A stretch of 63,561 nucleotides of DNA, filler included, from Octopus bimaculoides (GCF_001194135.2; 8 parts of 7 records of this genome joined end to end with filler, not necessarily neighbours in it); one strand, 5' to 3'; counted from the first letter of the whole stretch, positions 49,033 through 61,670 are shown. The notes: generated by a model not told the origin, from the letters alone. Made by a program: numbers and translations.

Positions 49033-49560
49033 GGAAGTCATAGGAGGATATTGAACAATATGGAAACATTTGTTCCTTTAAAACGGCCAGCATTTGCTAT
49101 GGAAGATTTTCAGCTACATATTAATATTGCACTTCAGACATAATTTCCTAAATACAAACGCGTGGTTCATGGTTCATGATTCCAGATGAAGCATTACAAC
49201 CCGTCACAAAGAAACAACCCATGATTATGAAGAGATGTCGAAGAAGAGCTTTCTCGTTTAAATGCACGTTTAGAAACAGTGACAACTTATAGTATCCGTG
49301 GATAGCGACACCCATTCTGAACTTTAGTATTATCAGCGAAACATGTGGTGGGATCTAGAGATGTTTTACTGGTTAAAAATGCAGCACAAGTATTTTGTGG
49401 AAACATGGAAACTATGTCAGGTCAATGAACTTTGATAATAGGTAAGTTTCTGAAGCAATTTAATACAAATGACAAAAGTTGGAGCATTACTTTGAGACAT
49501 ATTGTCTTGTATGTCAAACAATGAGAAATATAGGGCATGCTGCGTAATACATACATATAC

Positions 49561-49705
49561 ATGAATGCATGGATTTTGGAGTGGTTATCTCGTCTTCAGC
49601 AGCAGATATTGGAAAGGTAGACACTGTAAACTGATACGAGAGACAGGTCCGTCTTATGATATTACCGTCATCATTTAATGACAGGTTGCGCCCGTCACCG
49701 GTTCG
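49561..49705 (-). CDS. Candidate host exon (speculative)
   Basis: 145-bp segment between ATATGCAG| and |GTATAT with a single open frame, RTGDGRNLSLNDDGNIIRRTCLSYQFTVSTFPISAAEDEITTPKSMHS. Confidence 0.17.
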
Positions 49706-50065
49706 CTGCATATAAACACGTGTATGTATATGTGTATATTAGTAGACCTATATGTATCTATTTATGTGTGTGTGTGCGTACGTGTTTGTGTGTTTGTGCG
49801 CGTCTGTGCGCGTGCGTGTGTGTGTGTGAGTGTGTGCGTGTGCGGGGTGTCTGTGCATGTGTGTGAAAATATAGAGATATGTAGTTTATTTCTAATAGAC
49901 AGAAGTAATTGGGTAAACAGCGCCTAGGTTCTGTATTTGAGTGCCAGTTCAGTAAATGCACGTAACATGTAAATAATATCGTTAAAATCTATATATGTAT
50001 ATAGCTTGATGTATGAGGGACAGGTGTACAAATAGGCATGTTCATATATATGTACACGCACATAG

Positions 50066-50097
<32 letters not shown>

Positions 50098-50140
50098 GTA
50101 TATGTTTATATGCATATATATATGTGTATATTTGTATATG

Positions 50141-50173
<33 letters not shown>

Positions 50174-50284
50174 NNNNNNNNNNNNNNNNNNNNNNNNNNN
50201 NNNNNNNNNNNNNNNNNTTAATTAATTAANNNNNNNNNNNNNNNNNNNNNNNNNNNNNNNNNNNNNNNNNNNNATATATATATA

Positions 50285-50770
50285 TCTTTTATCTTTTATA
50301 TTTTACGGGTTTCAGCCAGAGACTGAGGCCATGTTGGTGCACCGCCTTTACTACATCCGGGGACTTTTCCAGTATTGCTTCTCATGAAGTAGCGAGTTGG
50401 ACGTTGCCGCGCTTTTTTGAGCCTCCTGCAAGATGTGCGTTCATCCGGTATTGCAGATAAAAAAACTGTCTAGACATTTTTGAAGACTTCCATATCTACA
50501 CTTTGCATATCCCTGATGTTCTGTGGTAGAGCATTAAAAAGTTGTTGTCTTTTGAAGCTCAAGCTATTACAGTATTGGGTTCGTATCCTCGATAGAGAAG
50601 ATGGTACCTTTGGTAATGTGCAGTGCTGTCCAGTCCGAGGATTGTTGTAGATTTCGATTCCGAAGTCTTGAGCTAGACCTTCCAATATTTTCCATAAGCA
50701 TAATACTGCATATCTCTTGCGTCTCCTCTCCAGGGAGTAGAGTCCCAGTTCCTTTAACCTCTCTAAAAGA
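50285..50770 (-). mobile_element. CR1-clade-like LINE 3' end, 5'-truncated
   Basis: ERLKELGLYSLERRRKRY...LFNALPQNIRD; homologous to 61170-61670 and ending in the SINE-shared tail. Confidence 0.85.
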
Positions 50771-51624
50771 TATATATGCATGTGTGTGTATGTATAAATA
50801 CATACATACATACATATATATATATATACAACTAAACATTGAACATTCAGGAACAAAATATTTGAAATAATATTCGTTTGTAACGTTCAATTACAAGCCA
50901 TAAAAAAACGTATTCTACAAACCGACACCCCTCTGTTCTATTTATCAAAAGCATCAATACAGCCATTGTAATTTCCACGAGACATGATATCGTATTTACA
51001 ATCTATGCTATCAATGAATATCAACATCTACTACAGTTTCCTCATCGAAGGTATCAGCAGGAAATATCCATAGTACTTAAAGTACACTAATAATTCATCA
51101 TTATATTGATATAATATGGAAATGGAATGTCAGTAGAAAAGTCTGTTCTTAATAGGTTGAAAACTATGTAAATGTTACAATTGTCTGCTTAAACATTGAT
51201 AATGTATGGTCTCACTTCTTCATTAGTTCTATTGGTGAAAATGTAATACAAAACGAGAAAGGACATGGTATATTGACAAAATTGTAGATGGTGGATTACA
51301 AAAGTAGTATCCCACATTCTATATTTCCATTTCTAATAAGACCTCGAGACGCTGGTAAATGTCAATAGGTGACTGGATTGCTAAATAATGTCTTTCCTAG
51401 ATACAAGAACTCGAAATATGTAATGAAATCAAGAGATTCAATCAAGCAGACACAAATTCTGAATGTGTTTCAGAAATAAGAAAGGAAGAGTTATTCTATA
51501 ATTTTGCTGAAATAAGCGTGGATATAAAAGTATAAGTATATACAGTTAATGAAAAAGAAAAAAAAACGAGAAAAAAGACATGAAAAAAACTACAACGCGA
51601 GGACGTGGTACACGCAAAGGATGC

Positions 51625-51656
51625 TTTACGTTTCGAGCAAAGCTCTTCTTCAGAAA
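51625..51656 (-). ncRNA. Candidate minimal hammerhead ribozyme in a Penelope-like terminal-repeat remnant
   Basis: Minus strand TTT-CTGAAGA-A-GAGC-TTT-GCTC-GAAA-CGTA-AAG: intact core, 4-bp stem II, palindromic ACGT stem III and a GUA triplet; stem I is only about 3 bp. Confidence 0.55.
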
Positions 51657-51718
51657 TAGGAGAGAAAGGGAAGACGAAAGAAACAGATCGCCAACAATCC
51701 ACATGTAGATACATTTTG

Positions 51719-51785
<67 letters not shown>

Positions 51786-51786
<1 letters not shown>

Positions 51787-51880
51787 AGGGGTTGGACAAA
51801 ATAATGGAAGCACCTAGCATCATAGCATCATAATTTTGAAATGTCTATAAAACCGTCGAAAGCTTCGACGTGTTTTTTTC
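51786..51880 (+). mobile_element. Tc1-like left TIR fragment
   Basis: GGGGTTGGACAAAATAATGGAAGCACCT resembles the reverse complement of 35761-35791. Confidence 0.6.
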
Positions 51881-52054
51881 TGTCTTTTCTATCTTTTTTC
51901 TTTTCAAGGAAAATATTTCTCCCAGCGTTTACTATTTTCCTCTCGTTCTGGTCAAACGACCCTCCATGTGTGTTTTCGTTTGGTTTATATGTATGTCTCC
52001 ACTGTCCTGTTCTTGTTCCCAACTTTGAACCTCCATATATACTCTTTATTCTTT

Positions 52055-52432
52055 AATTCTTTTACTTATTTCAGTCATTTAACTGTGGCCATGCTTTTAG
52101 TCGAGAAAATCGACCTCAGGACTTATTCTTTGTAAGCTTAGTTCTTACTCTATTGGTCTCTTTTTGCCGAACCGCTATGTTATGGGGACGTAAACACACC
52201 AGCATCGGTTGTCAAGCGATGGTGGGGGGACAAACACAGAAACACACATACATATATATATATATACATATATACTACAGGCTTCTTTCAGTTTCCGTCA
52301 ACCAAATTCACTCACAAGGCTTTTGTCGGCCTGAGGCTATAGTAGAAGACACTTGCCCAAGGTGCCACGCAGTGGCTCTGAACCCGGAGCCATGTAGCTG
52401 GTAAGCAAGCTACTTACCACATAGCCACTCCC
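52055..52432 (-). mobile_element. Complete composite SINE: tRNA-like head, internal microsatellite, central domain, CR1-type tail
   Basis: All four modules are contiguous here; elsewhere they appear as separate fragments. Confidence 0.85.
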
Positions 52433-52783
52433 TAAATTTTATTTTAGAATTTATAGGAGTAACTGTCTTTGAAGACCCATTTTTCACTGAATGCTCGAAA
52501 TGAGGAATAGATAAATAGTCTGATGAATGGTCCTTTCTCTGTATTAACTTTTCGTGCTTTCCATCTTAACTCTCGTTGTTTACGTATTTAACTCGTTTGT
52601 TTACGTATTTCATATTGTTCGCACCCATATATGNNNNNNNNNNNNNNNNNNNNNNNNNNNNNNNNATATATATACATACATACATACATATATACATACA
52701 TACATACATTCATACATACATACATATATTATTTATGATTAATATTATTTAATCGAACGCGACACGCCCATTTCCAAGTAATT

Positions 52784-52785
<2 letters not shown>

Positions 52786-52820
<35 letters not shown>

Positions 52821-52853
52821 GAGATAGATAGATAGAGAGATAGAGAGATAGAG

Positions 52854-52921
<68 letters not shown>
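52786..52921. repeat. (GATA)n microsatellite
   Basis: Read directly from the sequence. Confidence 0.95.
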
Positions 52922-52926
52922 CTACG

Positions 52927-53530
52927 CAGGGTAGCCATAAAGTCACGCACCATGGGATATCAAGTATTTTTTATTAGCAACAATGTAGGTAATCCATTAC
53001 AAATGTTCAAGTTTTGGCCATGTAGCTCTAAACAAGTGTTCATACGGAATTTGAAATTGCGATGATCCCTCTCAAATTGCACCCCATTGTCATTGACGTG
53101 CTCACACGCTTCAACAATTCTTTGAAGAAGATGTCCTCGTTTACGAATCTTTTTAGAATGCACAAGGAATTTTAATGTAGCCCCAGAAGTAAAACTCCAT
53201 GGGAGTTAGATATGGTGACCATGTTGCCCATTGAATTGGCCCACGATGCTCGTTCAATCTCCCTGGCAAATGTTCATTCAGAAAATCATGAACCTGTAAT
53301 GTATAATGGGGCGGATCCCTATCTTGCTGAAACCAGACATGATTTCTTCTTCCAAGTGAATGTACGTGAGGTATCATCTTGTTGCCATTCATGTCCAGAT
53401 ACGAACCACTTATCACAGAGCCCTCAAAATAAAATTACTTGATTGTGCCAAATCTCACACCACACCATTAATTACCCCCACCTTGTTGATTATCTACCTC
53501 CATCCAATGCGGATTGGTTTGTGAGTAATA
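52927..53530 (-). mobile_element. Tc1/mariner DD41D (rosa-type) transposase C-terminal remnant plus TIR
   Basis: WFQQDRDPPHY...RGPIQWATWSPYLTPMEFYFWGYIK has 41 residues between the second D and the last catalytic position. TIR CAGGGTAGCCATAAAGTC at 52927-52944. Confidence 0.8.
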
Positions 53531-53661
53531 TTGGCGGTTGTGAAAAGAGATTAAAAAAAAGAGAATGTTGACATGTTCACATATTGCAGGATGCGTGACT
53601 TTATGGCCCGCTGACCATCACACTTATATTTTTTTCTCTCCTTGTTTCTCCNNNNNNNNNN

Positions 53662-53739
<78 letters not shown>

Positions 53740-54347
53740 ATGTGTTTACGTGCATGTTTGTCTGCACGTATATATCTATGTATATGTATGTATGTTATAG
53801 TCGTATATGTGTGGAATTGTATGTTAGGTCGCTCTTGGTGTAACTGATAACCTGCAACCCAATACAAACTGTCACACAGTCGGAATGTCAGTCATTAAAA
53901 CGGCAACCCTACCAAGCACGCTGGGTAAATGGATGGTCTTTCGTTACCCTTCAAAACTGAAAACAAAACCTATCAAAAAGTGGATGAACTTAGTAGATAG
54001 AGTCAATAGCCTTTCGTCAACTGGGAGTGAGAGACGCCTAGTTTCTGTTCAAACATTTTTCGATGAGAATAGAAGCTCTGACATAAAACCTGGAAATTTA
54101 TTTGCATCCGATTATATAGACTAGTTTTCCTTTCAGTTGAGATGCATATGTTGTTTTGAAAGTGAGATTGGCCACATGTAACGCCTTTCTTCACTTTGAA
54201 ACGCTTCAGGCACAGGCATCGCTTGGTTTTTTAAAATCTCTATTATGCGTTGCATTATTCTGTTCGCTGATCCGTTTTGATATCTGTCAAACAATAATAA
54301 TTCGTATTATACGCGCTAGGAACGATAATTTGCATATTTATTCTTAA

Positions 54348-54746
54348 CTAGCAGAAATACCCGGCTTTGCCCGGGTTAAAGAGAATAATGAAATCTAAAA
54401 ACGCTGTCTAGACTACGCAACCCTTAACTGTTAGTAGCTACGATACCATATTTCTACATTAATAACTCTCCAATTCATGCCAGCATGGAACATAGACATT
54501 AAGTGGAATGCCAGTCTCTCATCTGGGAAGGCCTTGAAATCAATGTTACCAACTGGGGACTATGTGTGTCGCAGTGATAATAAAAAGACTCAAAGGAGGT
54601 CTGCAACGAAATAATTTTACTCAACACTTTGCAAGTGAATCAGTGGAGGCAAAGATGCGTCTCATTTACTTGACAATTTATGCACCACATTGCGGAAATC
54701 ACAATGTAAGTATATCTGAAAGGGTAGTCTTACACTTGTACCGTTG
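54348..54746 (-). mobile_element. Helitron-like 3' terminus
   Basis: The minus strand ends CCCGGGCAAAGCCGGG (hairpin), then TATTTCTG-CTAG|T at 54348. The upstream extent is uncertain because of a gap. Confidence 0.65.
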
Positions 54747-54874
54747 NNNNNNNNNNNNNNNNNNNNNNNNNNNNNNNNNNNNNNNNNNNNTTAATTAATT
54801 AANNNNNNNNNNNNNNNNNNNNNNNNNNNNNNNNNNNNNNNNNNNNTTTTTTTTTTTTTTTTTTTTTTTTTTTT

Positions 54875-55170
54875 GCCGAACCGCTAACCGCTAAGTTACA
54901 GGGACGTAAACACACTAATACGGTTGTCAAGCGCTGATGGGGAACAAACACAGACACAAAGACACACACGTATGTATATATGTGTGTGTCTTTGTGTATA
55001 CATACACACACATGATAGGCTTCATTCAGTTTTCATCTACTAAATTCATTCACAAGGCTTTGGTCGGCTCGAGGCTATAGTAAAAGATACTTCCCCGTAG
55101 TGCAATACAGTGGGACTGAACCCAGAACCATGTGTTTGGGAAGCAAACTTCTTAGTACACCGCCACACCT
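54875..55170 (-). mobile_element. Composite SINE (head plus central domain)
   Basis: Homologous to 52150-52432. Confidence 0.8.
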
Positions 55171-55529
55171 GAAATAATTTCCATAGATGGTTGCGGATAT
55201 AAACTGCATAGCAAACATGTATAGCTAAATCATTCCCAATGGACATCTTTATAAACATAATGCAAAATTAGCCACCATGGAATTGCTTAAGCAATTGTGA
55301 ACTATGAAATAAAAGCTAAAATCACAAACTCCAGTCTTCACTTTTTATTAAGGTAGAATCATTAGCACGCCAGGCAAAATACTTAGTGGTATGTTGTCCG
55401 TCTCTACATTCTAAATTCGAATTCTACAGCGGTCGACTTTGTCTTTTCAGAGGTCGATGTAATCAAGTTAATCCTTTCCCTCAAAAACTGGCTCTGTGTC
55501 AAAATTTGAAACCATTATCTATATTCCAC

Positions 55530-55750
55530 GGTTAAGGCGGCGAGATTGTAGAATCTTTGGCATGCCGGAGAAAACGCACAGCGGCATTTCGTCCATCTTT
55601 ACGTCCTGAGTTCAAACTCCACTAAGGTCGGCTTTGCCTTTCATCCTTTCGGGGTCGATTAAATAAGTACAGGTGAGCACTGGAGGTTGATGTAATCGAC
55701 TAGCCATCTACATGCAAAATTTCAGGCCTTGTGCTCAGTGTAGAAAGAAT
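55530..55750 (+). mobile_element. tRNA-derived SINE (family of 58031-58263)
   Basis: aaggcggcgagattgtagaat...gagttcaaactcc...gatgtaatcgact. Confidence 0.8.
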
Positions 55751-56351
55751 TACTTAAATTCTACGATAGAAATGTAATTTTCGGATTATCTCATTNNNNN
55801 NNNNNNNNNNNNNNNNNNNNNNNNNNNNNNNNNNNNNNNNNNNNNNNNNNNNNNNNNNNNNNNNNNNNNNNNNNNNNNNNNNNNNNNNNNNNNNNNNNNN
55901 NNNNNNNNNNNNNNNNNNNNNNNNNNNNNNNNNNNNNNNNNNNNNNNNNNNNNNNNNNNNNNNNNNNNNNNNNNNNNNNNNNNNNNNNNNNNNNNNNNNN
56001 NNNNNNNNNNNNNNNNNNNNNNNNNNNNNNNNNNNNNNNNNNNNNNNNNNNNNNNNNNNNNNNNNNNNNNNNNNNNNNNNNNNNNNNNNNNNNNNNNNNN
56101 NNNNNNNNNNNNNNNNNNNNNNNNNNNNNNNNNNNNNNNNNNNNNNNNNNNNNNNNNNNNNNNNNNNNNNNNNNNNNNNNNNNNNNNNNNNNNNNNNNNN
56201 NNNNNNNNNNNNNNNNNNNNNNNNNNNNNNNNNNNNNNNNNNNNNNNNNNNNNNNNNNNNNNNNNNNNNNNNNNNNNNNNNNNNNNNNNNNNNNNNNNNN
56301 NNNNNNNNNNNNNNNNNNNNNNNNNNNNNNNNNNNTATATATATACATATA

Positions 56352-56512
56352 TACGACGGGCTTCCTTCAGTTTCCGTCTACCAAATCCACTCACAAGGCT
56401 TTGGTCGGCCCGAGACTATAGTAGAAGACACTTGCCCAGGGTGACACGCAGTGGAACTGAACCCGGAACCATATGGTTGGTAAGCAAGCTACTTACCACA
56501 CAGCAACTCCTG
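56352..56512 (-). mobile_element. tRNA-derived SINE head
   Basis: Reverse complement of the 12652-12815 head; abuts (TA)n and a gap. Confidence 0.85.
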
Positions 56513-56989
56513 CGCCAAGATGTTTATGAAGCTAAAGTAAATTTCTCCTTTCGAGGCAACATGCGCAGCGTATTGTCTTTCCATGTCCGAGTGTACATAA
56601 ACATGTTGAATAAGACAGTACATAACTATATTCCATTCAGCGCAGCTTAGTGTGCCTTTAAATAAATTATTCCAGTTTGCCATTTAATATTCTGATATAA
56701 GTGCGACCAGCTGTTAGTGAGCATGTATGACGGCTCGGTATACGGTACTGATGAAACGTAACAATGCAGAAACACATGACCTACAGTCTGGGGACGTCAA
56801 GCATAGCCTTGTGCTGTGTTTACGCCCATATTATTAATAGGGAGAATCCTTCTCCTGAGACAACTTGCGCTGCTTGTCTTTCCGTATCTGAATGTACACA
56901 AACACTCTAAATAAGACTGTGAGTGTGTTTGTGTGTGTGTGCGCGCGCGCGCTATCATCACCGCCATTTAACGTCCGTTTTCTATGTTG

Positions 56990-59600
56990 GCATGGGTTAT
57001 ACAGGCGTGGAAGCCCTCATAGTAACTGTCGATCTCAACGACTTCAAACCCAGAGCTGGTGCTGACAACAAGACATGGGAAGGCGTCATTGGGAGAAACG
57101 GAGTTGGCAAGAACAACAGCAATGGTCATCTACTGCTGAAGACCTGTGCAATGCATGACCTACGGATCACCAACACAGCGTTTCACCTGCCCAACAACAA
57201 AAGGGCGTTTTGGATGCACACGCAGCAAGCATTGGCATCTAATAGACTATGTCATAGTCAGGAGATTAGACAGGTGGGATGTTAGAGTGACAAAGGCTAT
57301 GTGTGGCGCAGAATGCTGGACAGATCACAGGATCATCATCGCAAAACTCGACATGCTTATCCAGCCCAGGCGACGACCACCGAAGCCGGTAAACAAGCGA
57401 CTAAACATCAACAAATCGGAACGACACAATGTGGAAAAGGACTTCAGTGAAGACTCGAGTAGCAAGTTCAGCCAACGCGACATGAATACAAAGGCAGTAG
57501 ATGAGGACCAGATGGTGTTCAGAGACGCGGTGTACAACATTGCACTCACACATCTGAGCGAGAACACGCGTAGACACCAAAGCTGGTTTGACGACAACGA
57601 TGAGGAAATTCAGAAGCTGTTCGATGAAAAGCATAAAATCCTATAGAGTCTTTCAGCAGGACAACACATCGGCTTCCATAAAAAGCAGACTAAAACGCTA
57701 TCAAAAGCAAGGTTCAGGTAAAACTCAAAGGGGTGAAGGATTCCTCGCTCAGCAACAAGGCGGATAAGATACAAAAGTATGCTGACAGCAACAACTTCAA
57801 GCATTTCTACGATCCTCTGAAAGTAGTCTACGGGCCGCACTCCTCCGGAGCACCACTGCTGCTTAATTGCTGGCAGGATCACTTTCCACATTGACAAAAA
57901 CACTATTTGAAAAGATGGGCAGAGCACTTCAACAAAGTCCTGAACAGACATCTATCAACGATGAGGCTATTGCTCGCATGCTCCAAGTTGACATCAACAA
58001 CTCTCTGACAGAGACTTCAACAAACGCAGAGGCGGCAAGTTGGCAGAATCGTTAGCACGCCGGGCGAAATGCTTAGCGGTATTTCGTCTGCCGCTACGTT
58101 CTGATTTCAAATTCCGCCGAGGTCGACTTTGCCTTTCATCCTTTCGGTGTCGACAAATTAAGTACCAGTTACGCACTGGGGTCGATGTAATCGACTTAAT
58201 CCGTTTGTCTGTCCTTGTTTGTCCCTTCTATGTTTAGCCCCTTGTGGGCAATAAAGAAATAAGAAGCATAAGTCCAGAAAGCAATTAAACTTCACTTCTC
58301 TCAAATGGCAAGCAACCAAGTTCTGACTCCATCTCATCTGAAATATACAAGGCAGTGATGGTTGTGGTGGTGGTAGTGGTGGTGGTTGCGGCGGGTAGCA
58401 AGTCTTGGCACAAAAACTCACCAACCTCTTTCAGACCATGTAGCAACAGGAAATTGTTCCTCAGAAATTCAATCCAAATCTTCAAGTGAAAAAGAAGCAG
58501 GCAGTCCTGTGACAACTACCGAAGCATTTCTCTTCTTGACATTGCTGGCAAGATGCTCACAAGAGTCCTCCTTAACCGTCTCACACAGCACATGAAAAGG
58601 CGGGCATTGACTAGAGAGTCAGGGTGGCTTCAGAGAAGGCCGTTGGACAGTCGAAATGCAGAACGCCGACTCAAGGAGGAGTATCAGAAACAAAAAAGTG
58701 ACCTATACATGATGTTTGTAGACTTAACCAAGGCCTTTGACACCGTCAGTCGCGAGGTGCTTTGTAAGATCATAGGGAAGTTCGGCTGCCCAGACAAATT
58801 CATCAGCATAGTGCGCCAGTTTCATGACGGCACACTCGCTCGGGTGCTGGACAATGGAGATTTTTCCGTTGCATTCACAGTCACTAACGAAATCAAGCAG
58901 GGCTGTGTAGTCGTACCTGCGCTGCTCAGCATGATATTCTCAGCCATGCTGACGGATACTTTTCACAACATCGATGAAACCAGCGTCAAGGTTAGATTCA
59001 GTGCTGATGGCAGACTTTTCAACCTGCGGAGACTACTCAAAAAAGAAAGGTCATGAACCAACTTTTCCCACAAAAGCCGTATGTGGAACCTACTATCAGT
59101 CGAAGGGAAAACCCTGAAGTTCATGTACCCTTGGCAGCACACTGATTTGTGAACATTGACTCTGAAGTCGGTATATGCATCGCAAAGGGAAGCTCAGCAT
59201 TTGGGCGGCTACTTGAATCAATGTGAGAGAAGAGAGGTATTAGGTTGGCTACCAAGTTGAAGGTGAACCAAGCAGTTGTACTACCTACACAACTGTATTC
59301 CCGCAAGACTTGAACGGTATACGACCGTCACGGTAAGCGGCTAAACTGTTTCCACATGAGCTGTCTGAGAAAGCTGTTGAAAATCACTTGGCAAGATAAG
59401 GTCTCAGACACGGAGGTCCTTTCTCGAGCTGATCTGCCAAGAATTTACGCGCTGCTGAGGAGGGTGCATGTCAGATGGGCAGCCACCTTGACACATGACT
59501 ATCCAAAAGATTGTTTTACTGCGAATTGGCGGAAGGCAAGCGCACACAGGGTGGGCAGAAAAAGCGCTTCAAGGACACTCAAAGCCTCACTGAAGTGCAT
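56990..59600 (+). mobile_element. RTE-clade (BovB-like) LINE, degenerate, interrupted by a SINE
   Basis: APE C-terminal half (NSNGHLLL, KHWHLIDYVIV, WTDHRII), RT (FVDLTKAFDTVSRE, KQGCVVVP) and C-terminus (CLRKLLKITWQDKVSDTEVL, GGQKKRFKD). Confidence 0.9.
58031..58263 (+). mobile_element. Young, intact-looking tRNA-derived SINE inserted into the RTE ORF
   Basis: ggcggcaagttggcagaatcgttagc...aaattccgccgaggtcgac...gggcaataaagaaataag; the RTE coding sequence resumes after it. Confidence 0.9.
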
Positions 59601-60330
59601 TCTGATCAACTCCCAATATACACATACATACATACATACATACATACATACATACATACATACATACATGCATGCATGCACGCACGTACGCACGCACGCA
59701 CGCACACACACACACGCACACACACATACNNNNNNNNNNNNNNNNNNNNNNNNNNNNNNNNNNNNNNNNNNNNNNNNNNNNNNNNNNNNNNNNNNNNNNN
59801 NNNNNNNNNNNNNNNNNNNNNNNNNNNNNNNNNNNNNNNNNNNNNNNNNNNNNNNNNNNNNNNNNNNNNNNNNNNNNNNNNNNNNNNNNNNNNNNNNNNN
59901 NNNNNNNNNNNNNNNNNNNNNNNNNNNNNNNNNNNNNNNNNNNNNNNNNNNNNNNNNNNNNNNNNNNNNNNNNNNNNNNNNNNNNNNNNNNNNNNNNNNN
60001 NNNNNNNNNNNNNNNNNNNNNNNNNNNNNNNNNNNNNNNNNNNNNNNNNNNNNNNNNNNNNNNNNNNNNNNNNNNNNNNNNNNNNNNNNNNNNNNNNNNN
60101 NNNNNNNNNNNNNNNNNNNNNNNNNNNNNNNNNNNNNNNNNNNNNNNNNNNNNNNNNNNNNNNNNNNNNNNNNNNNNNNNNNNNNNNNNNNNNNNNNNNN
60201 NNNNNNNNNNNNNNNNNNNNNNNNNNNNNNNNNNNNNNNNNNNNNNNNNNNNNNNNNNNNNNNNNNNNNNNNNNNNNNNNNNNNNNNNNNNNNNNNNNNN
60301 NNNNNNNNNNNNNNNNNNNNNNNNNNNNNN

Positions 60331-60364
<34 letters not shown>

Positions 60365-61670
60365 CTGTTGCAACATTTTGACTGGATGTTGAAACAATTA
60401 ATGAATCGCTCAAATGTAGATGTGATACATCTTGACTTTGCAAAGGCCTTTGATAAGGTTCATCATGGGATGATATATCACAAACTACGGAGACTCGGCA
60501 TAACTGGGAAAATCGGTGAGTGGTTGCATGACTTCTTAAAAGATAGAAGCCAGGTAGTATCAGCCAACGGAGTCCTCTCCACGGAGACGTTAATAGAAAG
60601 TGGAGTGCCACAGGGAACTGTATTGGGGCCACTACTGTTCATGGTGGGTCTTTCAGACATACCATCAGTTACACAGATAGCCACTTACTATTTATGCCGA
60701 CGACACAAAAGTAGTACAAGTTATCAAGGAGCCTTCTGATGCTAATCTTCTACAGAAAGCCTTAGATACCATATATAAATGAGCTGAGGACAACAGTATG
60801 CAAGTTACTGCAGGTAAATTCCAAGCCCTCTGCTACCAGCTAAGTGGTGCTCAGAAGTCACAACTACGATACTTTGGACCAAAAGGAGCGGCAATCCTAG
60901 AGTCGCATACAGTGCGTGATCTTGAGATTGATATGAGCAATGATGCCTCGTTTCACATGCATGTCACCAAGATAGTGGCAGACGAATGACCGGATGGAGT
61001 CTGAGAACCTTTAGAAGAAAGGACCAAGAATCTATGCTGGTCCTATGGAGGACATTTGTCCTCAGCCGTCTGCACTATTACTCTCAACTGTGCTCTCAAC
61101 TTACCTTACACTAAGATTAATAGCAGAACTTGAGGCGGTTCAGCGATACTGCACGAGGAAGACTGCATCAATGGAACATCTGAGCTACTGGGAGAGACTG
61201 AAAGAGCTACGACTCTACTCCCTGGAGCGAAGACGGGAGAGGTATGGAGTGATATATGTGTAGAAGATACTGGAGGCGCTGGCACCAAACTTTGTAATTG
61301 AGAGATATACTAGACCTCGAAATGGACGTCACTGCACTGTTCCAAAAGTCGCAGTTGTCTCATCTAAGGCGAGGACCATGTACTGCAATAGCTTGTGATT
61401 CAAGGGCCCACAGCTATTTAACTCCTTGCCAAAGCATCTGAGGGATTTCCATGGAGTGGGAGGAGATGTTTTCAAAAAACAGCTTGATCTCTTACTATCC
61501 AAGATCTCAGATGAACCAATATCAAGGCAGGAAACTCAAAAGAGGGCAGCGGTATCGAACGTCCTCCTTCACCAAAACCCAACCCCATAGAAATGGTCAT
61601 TTAAAAGGTGATTATTCTGGCGGTGCTCCAGCATGGCCACAGCCTCAAACCTGAAACATATAAAAGAATA
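60365..61670 (+). mobile_element. CR1-clade-like LINE, RT to 3' end, degenerate
   Basis: DVIHLDFAKAFDKVHH, SGVPQGTVLGPLLF, a frameshifted YADDTK and SYWERLKELRLYSLERRRER; ends in ggcggtgctccagcatggcc...ctgaaacatataaaagaata. Confidence 0.9.
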
